DNA from: Trichoplax adhaerens
Lineage: Eukaryota > Animalia > Placozoa
DNA length: 20,919 nt
Direction of reading: 5' to 3'
NCBI RefSeq assembly: GCF_000150275.1
Contig: NW_002061021.1
Location: 6,466 to 27,384, forward strand
Shown here: positions 11,326 through 20,919 of the stretch, one piece after another
How the letters are laid out: the number at the start of each line of letters is the position of its first letter
Numbering within the stretch: the first letter of the stretch is position 1
Notes under the pieces: generated by a model
Databases searched by the model: none
The model's input: only the letters and a program-made list of their open reading frames with translations
Told to the model about the DNA's origin: nothing
Position numbers and translations under genes: made by a program

Positions 11326-14300
11326 TAGGATTACAAAGTTATATATAAGGATAATTAACAGGTGGAAAAGGTGTAGATTTGATACAAGTATATAAGAGGT
11401 TGTAATTTACCTCGCTAGAGAGGAGGAAAATACGGAGACCTAATAAAGTTAGTTTAGTAAATTTATCCAGACGCTTCTAGTCCGCCTTTACTGTTGACTG
11501 AGGTCCTTCGCTGAAGTGGAGCGAGTAGTGACGCCTGGTGGCAGTTTTACTGTAGGACAGAGGAGAGTAGGATAAGTGTGGAACGGGAATCCGATTGTTG
11601 CAAACGACGTTGCGACACACTATATAAGACCTATATCTCGACGCCTTTAAACCCTCATATTTTGTCTTTCTATGATTTAAGTTGATATCAAGGAAGATAG
11701 AAATAAACTAGCAGTAAAATCGGTGATAAACAATAAACGATAAATTCGTTAATTTTGATGTTTCATAAGATATTCTAAGAAATTGGTTGCGTTATATTAA
11801 TTACAGCTTTAGCTACCATAATTCCTTTCTCAGTTAAAGAAAAATTAAACTATTTTGATATCTAGTATCATTTAATTCAGACAATGGTATTAGGTCCGTA
11901 TACAAAGGATTAAACATTCTTTTTATCCAAAAGTAATTTAATACGTACCGTTAACAAATTTCGGTATTATTTATTCTATGTTACAAACCAATATCTTGAT
12001 CATCACTAATAGTACGTTCAAGATTTCATCCAAACACAATTTAATTAGTCAAACCCCGCCAAAAAAACATCTTATTATCGATGATTGGTCTGATTCGGGA
12101 TATTTTTTTTATGTCACCGCCTTGAAATTTAATCTACACATGAAACTGAGTAGGCATTGTGACAAAGCAGTAATCAAATTAAATTAAATTAGATAAAGAA
12201 TTTGTAGATAACATTCAACTCAAGAACAAAATGAAATTAACTATAGCAAAAACGAAGGCTATATAAGACTATCTGGGCTGGTTATTGATTTCTTAACTAT
12301 CTAAATCTAAAATTATGTTTTCATGTTTCATTTCTATTTAATGACCCAAAAATTCGAACTGAGGATTGATATACTGAGTTTTCTTCCAACTCTGTACGCT
12401 TTAATTTATTTATTATACAATAAGATATTTTGCTTCGAGAATACCAGCATTATTATCACCAAAACGATTATTATACAATGTAATACGTATATCCGATTGA
12501 ATACAAGTCCATAGACACCATATTTTCAACTAAATACCAGAGTAATTTGTATGAGATTGCATCAATAAACGATTTACATATCGTTTTAAAGTTGGTCATA
12601 CACTGTTACATAATATCATTGTAAATCTTCGTTATTTGTTTCCTCTTTATTTGTTTCTTCTAACTAGTTTATGCCCCATTCTACATTAATCTATAATAAC
12701 AACCGCTAAATTCAGCGTTACTATGCTATCGTTACTATCGGCATGAATATTTTTATTTTTTCCTATCTATTAGTTTATATTATTTTCCACACTAATTGAT
12801 CATGACCACTGCTATATACAGTTCTACTACTCTTTTTCCTAATAGGATCTTCTTATAGCCTTATTATTACTATGTGGCATAAAATTCATTAATCCGCTGA
12901 GGTACCATAATCAATCCTTGGATCCAAGTAAAATTACATTTTGACACTAAAAGATATACACAAATCGAATGGAAATGGAACAGAATATTATTTCGTTAAT
13001 GTTTTGATGATATTGATGCAGACAGAAATATTCAGTTATTGGAAATAGAAATAGTAACCCTTCAGATTTAGGCAAGATTTCTATTAAATGATAAAAAATA
13101 GCATCTTTTACTGTAGCTTTAACGATACTTTCATCATAAAAATGTCTAAAGTATCTATCTGTTAGTAATAATAGCAGCGTTATAAAGAAACTGATAAAGT
13201 ATAGTATTATTTTTCATAACTAGAGAAAAGATCATTTAAATTAAAGTATCAAAGAAATAAAAGATCTTTATCTAGCAACGCGATCATAACATGCTAAGAA
13301 AGTAAAGGCATCGCATTTTAAAAGTTGAGACGCGAAATCTTACCTTCTAAAGCGTGATAAAAAAGTACATTTTAAAGCTGTGCACCAGTATTGGTTAGTC
13401 ACAGATATAATAATAATCTCAATATTAATGACATTCATTAATGCCTTATGCAACCTAGCTCATAATAAATTAGCTACTGCTAATGCCTTGTAGTATATTA
13501 TGGCAGGTAAAGCATTAACCCACTTCCTTCCGTATGGTTAAAAAGCACCTATCATTGCCAATATACTCGTCGATATGCAAAGAATTATATATATACACAT
13601 ATCAGATTGAAAAAGCAAACTGTAATTTAAAATTACAGTAAATGGAATCCAATTTAAAAAGATTCGATGTATTCCATGTACCCAGTGCGTTTACAACTAT
13701 CTTGTTACTTAAGGAATTACTAAGTTAGTCAAATTATTCCGCTCTAGATTGATATTTAAGAGGGGAAAATTAGTAATATATTTGAAAATCGCTGAATTTG
13801 AATTAAAAATATTGAGACAGCCTTTCATGAAGCTTACCCTGCTAAAAAATTTGCATTAATATCAAATTGCGATAGCAATTTACGTCAAAAGTAAGGTCAA
13901 GTCGAGAAAATTTACCATTTAGAATAACTCAACTGTTAAAACCCTTATCCACTAATATCAGTCATAACCTGGCGACAGACAATGTTGAATCAGTTCAACA
14001 TATCGGCGAAATAATTAAAATTATTGCTTCTTTAAAATTAAAGCTATTGTGAATTTAAAAAAAAACGACTGATGATTAAATCTAGAATTTGAAATTAATC
14101 GGACCAAAGCATTAATTTTATACATTTGTGTAGCAATTATATGTAGTTGCCTCATTATTTATAGCTTGCTCACCAGGAATAAACAGAATAAAATCAACTC
14201 GCAGAAACAGAAATTTTAATGGTGATGCGTTATTGAAAAGCTTATTTCTTGGCTTTGATGTCTACTTTATCCATTTACAACCAACGCGTTGGCCTAAACT

Positions 14301-15459
14301 GATCCAATTCAATAGCTGAAAGTTTATATATAAGTATTATAATATCCAACTTAATGAAATTATTTACTAACAATAGACTGCAATTAAATCGCTTTTATTC
14401 CCAGAAAATGTAAAAGAGCTTGTTTACCATTAATATAAGTTTTAATTCTGCTAAAGCTATAGTTTAAGGCATGCGCTAGCGTTACAGATTCAGGTGTAAC
14501 CCCTTTCGACTAAATTTCATTATTCTCATTGCACAAGAGCAAATGTTATACAAAATGAAGATGCCTTGGATAATCATCTCCATGAAATAAAATTGTCTTG
14601 TACTAAATAATCTCGACGCAAACAAATAAACAGAGAAATGCCCGTCTAAATATTTTGGCAATGCTAAAGTAATTATGCCTACATCCTTGCAATCCTTCAA
14701 TATCAATGCCATAAAAATAGCTAGAATACTGTTCGAAGGTAAGCTTCGACAAAAATATCTCGATTAAAAATGAGTATATTAATATTGCTGTTAAACTGTG
14801 TATAAATTGAACTATGAAAGCCAAAAATGCAGCAGCATATAATACTATTCGCGTTAATCATAAAGCGGTCTGTAGAATAAAAGGTAGAATAGTACCGGTA
14901 ATATAAATACAGAGACTAATATTTAAAGAGTAATTCTACTTAATATTAAGTTGTTAGGTAGTTTTACTGGATCAACGAAGGCACAATATCCCCATTTTAT
15001 ATTCTCTTCTTGTGTCACAACCTTAGTCGTGACAATTGCAAATCAACTATGTGACGAGATTACATAAAACGAAGCCTACACATAAATTTTTACTTTATTA
15101 AATTACTGTGAACCAAGATTAAATCATCTTATTCTTTTCTGTAATCATCAGCAGTCGATTTCAAATACGACCTTGAAAGAGATATCTGCATTAAGAATAA
15201 TAAAGAATAGACTACCACACTTAGCATTATAATTTTGCGTTTATAAATTAACTAAAGGCGAGAATATATTCTTGCAGTAAGCTAACAGTATGCTTCCTTA
15301 ACGAATAAAGTAATATTGTTTAATAGCAAGAAAATATCCATAATATTTTCGCGTTCAATTTTCATTCTAAGAATCGAAGAATTTGTTAGAAAAATTTCTA
15401 AGTCTGTCATATATTTACAATGAATGCTAATTCACACAATAAACCACTAAGTAGAAACT

Positions 15460-15490
15460 AGCCATCTTTAAATCTAGATTTAAAATGGCT
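15460..15490. repeat. 31-bp palindrome with a single bulge (18-bp perfect core)
   Basis: AGCCAT-c-TTTAAATCT|AGATTTAAA-ATGGCT. Confidence 0.85.
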
Positions 15491-18227
15491 TTTCTTATAG
15501 TATTAGAATACTCGAGGCTATTTACATCAATCTATCTGGTGTAGGACCAATCACAGTCCTCCATTATATACTGTATTTTGCTACGTAAACTGTAATAAGA
15601 TCATAACTGCATGATATTGTCACAACTTAGTAGTTGAAATGAGAAAACACATGTGAACTCAAGGCATAGAGTCAAATTTTGACATAAAATCGTTAACAAC
15701 AGTTATCTTTAATTTAAGAAAAACTCTGGTTATATAGAAAACGTCTATGTGTAAACATGCTATTATTGCTATCTCTATCTCTTAATTTAGTGTGCATCTT
15801 CTTACCAAAATGTAAACAGATTTTCCAACGTTATCCCATTTTTTCTGAGACTCCTGTCTAGAATATTTCGCAACTATAACATTAAACGTGTAATCATAAT
15901 CGTAATGTCAAAATACTGCGATAAATATTATACTAAATTTGATTTCAATAAGGTATCGGCATCAACAAATACATAAGGATCTTCTAGAGTCATAAATGTC
16001 TTATTTTGAAATTTATTTTTTACTTAAGTACATTTTAATATCCAAAATTATAAGATTTATACTTTAAAATACTAACTTTATTGTAATAGGCATAAACTAA
16101 AGAGAAATTGACTAAACACAGATAAGCAACTACTGTTAACACTAGAATATTTTATTGATGGATCATTCTAGAAATATTTAATCTAAATTTACTCGAAATT
16201 CAAATAAATCAATGCACATTACGATAGTCCAAATTTCGATTAAGTACTATCAAAAATTTTTGTCACGATCACGATATGATAAATTGATTGTTTTGTACGG
16301 TTGATCTATCATAATTCGTTGCAAATGTTAATGCTATCTCTTTAGTATTATAGTATTATAGAATAATACGGCATCCTTGACATAGATCATATATTTTAAC
16401 CATGTGGACGCTAGATAAGGTAATTTGGATAATACAGTTTCTAAGAAAATATCTTGACTTTTAAGAGGAAGGTTTTTAGAAGAACTTGTTAGAATAAAGA
16501 CATGGACTTGCTAGTTACAAAAAAATATGTTGTTCAAAGCGCCTTTCAAGCAACGATTACAATAAATTATTCAAATAATATGTACCACATTATATCCTAA
16601 TAAAATTATTTAAAGCTCTAGACTAAAAAATAAATTTAAGCCCATTCACTATCTGTTGCAGTACCTGCTAACTATATCTTACTAATGCTAGTAAAATACA
16701 GGCAAAATCCTTTAGCCTAAGACACTTAGCCGAAGTTTAATTTTACTGAATTAATCATACCAATATGTTATTCTTCAAACTTAGAATAGACCCTGTACCA
16801 TCTTATTCACTGGCAAATAGAATATACAACAGTCAGAATAAACTATCACTTTCTACTTCTTATTATAAGCAATGACTACTAACTTATGTCTTATATATGG
16901 CGGCTATTAGATATATAAAGCTCTTCAGCAACTCTCCAACCTCAAAAATAAAATATTTTAGAAACCTGGCTGTAATTGCTGGACTAATACAGAGGATTCT
17001 TAATTCTTAAAATTTCACATTATCTGTTACTCTATGATCGTAATTTAACATTCTTTAAATTAAAAAATAAATCAATTTCATCAATGACAAGCTACTGTAG
17101 AGGCTACAGCTAGAATTTTTTGCATACTAATCCATATTTTTAATCAATGTACCCTAGAAAATAGGCAAAAATTAAATTTCTGTAGTAAATTAGCTTGCCA
17201 AGACAACCAATATTGTTGTGTATCTTTATATCTTATGAAATTTCTATAAGGGCTAATGTTTCATGAGATACACCTGTCTATTGTTTGGTTTCATGATTAT
17301 AACTATTAATTTTAAGGAATTTATTTTGTTTATAACTCTTAAAAAATTACTAGATGATCCATTCAAAGCCTAACTATTATGCACTTGAAATCCTTTGTAT
17401 TGATAAGTGTTATAGGATGAAAAAATAAAAAAGACCAGAAATTGACTTAAAAATAAATAAAGCAAAAAATAATCAGTGCATTATGATATTACTTTTTCAT
17501 ACAATTCGGTATTTTAAATTACATCTAATTTCCATGTTGATACAATTAATCAATTTCTTCTAGTGCATGATTATTAATTTATAGTTAATTTCATTAATAG
17601 AATAAACTTACGTTCGGTCATTTTAGTAAGTTAATTCAATTATAACTAGCATTCTAGCTAGGAATTGTACATTTATGACGCTTTCGGCTCTATAAGTATT
17701 AAGCATCGAAATCACATTAAATATTCATCTTTACATGAAATAAATTAGGACTTTGAATACCTGACTCGTGGCTTGCCATTGTAGACATAGCCTGAATATC
17801 ATTTATTTTTAGTTATTTGTGTTGAAATACCAATACAAATTCAATAATTCGATCAATAATAACTAACAATACTCGAGCTAATATAACATAGATACAATTG
17901 TAATTCTTTAGAATAGATTAAAGAAAATAGTGACACTAATTCATAATTTTTTTTACTACAATACTTTGCAAGAATCAGTTAAAAAAGCAGTACAGTCAAA
18001 GGGATATATTATATTCCTTGCCGTATTATCAATTTATAACTCAGATTAGATCAGTATTTGGATATAGATTATCTCATAGGCAGTCCAAGGGTGTATATCT
18101 GCAACGCCGTCAACAATTTTCGCAACTTGCTATCGAGTATTTAAATAAAAGCAATAGCATCGAATCAATTTATTGATCAGAAAGTAGGCTCTAGACTTGA
18201 TTGTACTTTTCGTACAGGATCACGACG

Positions 18228-18857
18228 TGTCACAAAACAGTTTTGCAACAAGATAACGTAATATACGATCAATAAGTCAATTCCTTGAACCACGTATCAA
18301 GGAACGATATCTGCACTATCACAAACACTTTTGCTCTACTAGCAGACTACACAAAGACTTAAACGCCTCGTATTTTACGTTAAACACTAAGTTGGAGAAT
18401 TCACTTCATTTCACGATATACTGCATTTATATACTATTCCTCAATAGTTCATGAGTCATAGTTAATACAATTGACATTGGAATCATTTACTGAATTAGAT
18501 ATTAATTTTAGCTACTGCTCCCTTAATGCAGACAACAGTATTTACGAATATAAACATGTAATGACTAATACAGAATAGTCAGATTACGATATGTCCTATC
18601 ACGGAACATTTCCATGATAATTTACAGTCTACCATAAGTAAATTACAATCACAATGATTCGAATTGTAAGTAGATGATTTGCATTCCCTATTATAACTAT
18701 AAATTTCAGTATGTGTATAAGTGTCACTGTCATAAAAAGTCAGTGCTATATTAAAACACAGTATATCCAAATTATAAGTTAACTAAATAAGGATAGTCTA
18801 ACAGAATTATCCTAACATAGTTATTTCTACTGTAATACAGTATTTAACACTGTAACA
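18228..18857 (-). mobile_element. Solo LTR-like element L4 (630 bp), inverted copy of L3, 5-bp TSD CGACG
   Basis: CGACG|TGTCACA...CTGTAACA|CGACG, with TSDs at 18223-18227 and 18858-18862. The reverse complement aligns end to end with 10695-11325 with about 24 substitutions and one 1-bp indel by hand count (~96%). Confidence 0.93.
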
Positions 18858-20919
18858 CGACGATATACCGATTGAGTGGTATAGCAGTCTATAGAAGTGG
18901 GATAAAAATGGTTTAGCATATTCGTATATAGAGTTGGCTGCTAGAAAAAGCAGATGAAATAAATGCAGATTTAAATCCCGATATCGTTTGTATAATTTTC
19001 CGAGTTGATTACCTCGACAATTGCTAATCGTCATAATCATATACGATATTTATCATATTTCCATTTTTTCGATAGATGAACTTATAAGTCTAAAAGTACA
19101 ATAGACATTATGAAGTTAATCTAGATGGTGAAACTTTGTGACTATATCCATCAGATTAAAATTTTAAATATTTGATAAACAAACTCCAAGAAGCACTAAT
19201 ATTTATTGCTAATATATTTCCATAATTATAGTTCTATCTTATCTTTATGTAAAAATGACAAAAATATGCATTATTTAATAGAAGGGATGATACATTAGCA
19301 TAGCAGAGTTTATATGTTTCTATAGGATGTGACATTGCTACTGTTTATTGAGATTCTTTCTCCACAGATTTAAAGTTTACCATTTTCGGTAATTTGTTCA
19401 CATATATCCCCATATTATTAATGAAAAACTTCCTAATATCTTAAGTTAACTAGATACATCGTGGCTCCGTACGACCATCATAATTTAATTTTGGCAATAC
19501 CTAGCCAAGCTATGCCGCGATCAACTAGCATATTAATAATACACTGCAAACTTTTCAATCAGAATTGACCCTTGAAAGGGCTATTGTATTTTAGCCAACA
19601 ATGTAAAAAGACATTGCATAACATTGCCGCAAACATAATTGCATTACATTCATAAGAATTAACTATTTACGATTCTACAGTAAAACTAGCACAGTTACGC
19701 CTCGTGCCAAATGGATCAACAAATTATTTTACTACCGGTGTTACAGTATTACGTCATTAAAATGTCATTTCTTGTTTACAGTTTTGTTTGCCTTTCGATC
19801 AAAGTTCGAGCAATATTAAGGTACTAAACCGTTTCAATACATGTCCATTTGATAATTTAGGTTATTGTAATGATGGAAAGTCACTAAAATAATTCTCTGA
19901 TTCACTTTATAGAAAATTGTATTTATTCTTTTTCATCTTAGCTGCTTTTATGGACAACCGTAATAGCTTATACACTTTATTCAGTTGGATGACGAACAAT
20001 AAAGGCTAGATACCACTATACATAATACTTAACTCTGAAAGGTGCTCTTAAAACAACGCTTAGGCATGATTTCTGTGGTAGACAACATTGGTTATACGTG
20101 TAACTTTGCTACTTATTATTCTGTACCCTATGATAAAAGCTTGGCTGATCTATTGGGTATTTTCGTTACAACACACCGTCATTCTAAAGGATGTAGAAAT
20201 GAATTCTTTGTTATAAATAAATTATTGCTCATGGCAAGTAAGAATAAAAAGAATTCATAAAATATAATAATGATTGCGTCGCAGATTGTAATATTTACTG
20301 TCATTTAAACGTACTAATGATAGAAAGTTATTACAAGTTGGAATTTAATCGGGCGTATCGGATAAGTTTTGAAACATTCTATACATCGGGATATGTTTAT
20401 ATATATTTTATTAGTTACTATTATTATCTCAAGCTTTCATACCTGAAATAATACCGCTGACATTATGCACAAAATATTGACACATAATAAAAATAGTATC
20501 AATACTATACATATCCATTAAAAATCTAAAATATTAGATGAGAAAGCGATATTCTATGGATAAAGCGCCTATAAGACAAAATCTGCTTGTGAATGTATAA
20601 AATATACATGTAAGACTATACATCGATACCGATTGGTATACATTTGTTTGCGTGACTTAAAACCTAATATTTGTTCCGCTATTTACAAACGAGAGGATTT
20701 TGAATCAAAAAATGATTAAATAATTTAAAAGTACAGACAATTTTGATGAATGCTTTCATGAATATTAAATCAGTCATTGTGACCTATTTTCAAATATTGA
20801 AGAATTATCATTGTTTTAACCATTTTGAAATCTATTGATATAAAATTAGATTATTTCAACCTAAGATATTCATCCTGACAATTAATCACATACTTAAGTC
20901 TATACCAATGTTGATCACG

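Larger units (their letters stand above)
10398..11617 (+). mobile_element. Solo LTR-like element L2 (584 bp net), 5-bp TSD CACTA, interrupted by L3
   Basis: CACTA|TGTTACGG...CGTTGCGACA|CACTA, with TSDs at 10393-10397 and 11618-11622. Removing the 631-bp insert and one TSD copy leaves 584 bp. TATATAAG at 11389, AATAAA at 11442. Confidence 0.85.

Noticed and set aside
11978-12514. Two short plus-strand ORFs (69 and 63 aa)
   Set aside because: No motifs and no gag/pol similarity; composition is typical of random AT-rich frames.
13619-13639. Palindrome ACTGTAATTT-A-AAATTACAGT
   Set aside because: 10-bp AT-rich arms are plausible by chance in 21 kb.
14482-14824. Overlapping minus-strand ORFs as a frameshifted membrane-protein pseudogene
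   Set aside because: No family motifs recognised; a BLASTX hit would be needed.
18579-18770. 63-aa ORF inside L4
   Set aside because: The equivalent frame in L3 has TGG changed to TGA, and it lies within an LTR-like non-coding element.
10695-18857. L3 and L4 as the two LTRs/TIRs of one 8.2-kb element (DIRS, Polinton or foldback type)
   Set aside because: Each copy has its own TSD, the outer flanks differ (TAGGA vs CGACG), and the interval has no coding capacity.
18092-19019. Possible host element around L4 (TATA-like, AATAAA, ...CTCGACA)
   Set aside because: No pair of TG/CA termini with a matching TSD was found.
18807-20260. 77-aa and 72-aa ORFs
   Set aside because: The first crosses the L4 boundary, the second starts at GTG, and neither has recognisable features.

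Overview
AT-rich eukaryotic genomic DNA, probably an invertebrate or basal metazoan (impression only). One gene is supported: a spliced class A (rhodopsin-like, peptide-receptor-type) GPCR on the minus strand. Its first coding exon is 2382..1609, followed by a 1528-bp GT-AG intron and a TM6-encoding exon starting at 80 that runs off the window edge. The ~18.5 kb upstream has no credible CDS. It holds a cluster of four ~585-630 bp non-coding elements, each with TGT...ACA termini and its own perfect 5-bp target-site duplication (TSD), best read as solo LTRs of at least three families. They lie at 8568-9153, 10398-11617 (with another element nested inside it at 10695-11325) and 18228-18857, the last an inverted ~96% identical copy of the nested element. 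There is also a possible third nesting layer, a 22-bp 'ends-only' LTR-like remnant, a perfect 57-bp tandem duplication and several long palindromes. The GPCR has unusual pocket and activation residues (R3.29/R3.32, no P6.50). All alignments and counts were done by hand. I found no evidence for a novel multi-gene system.
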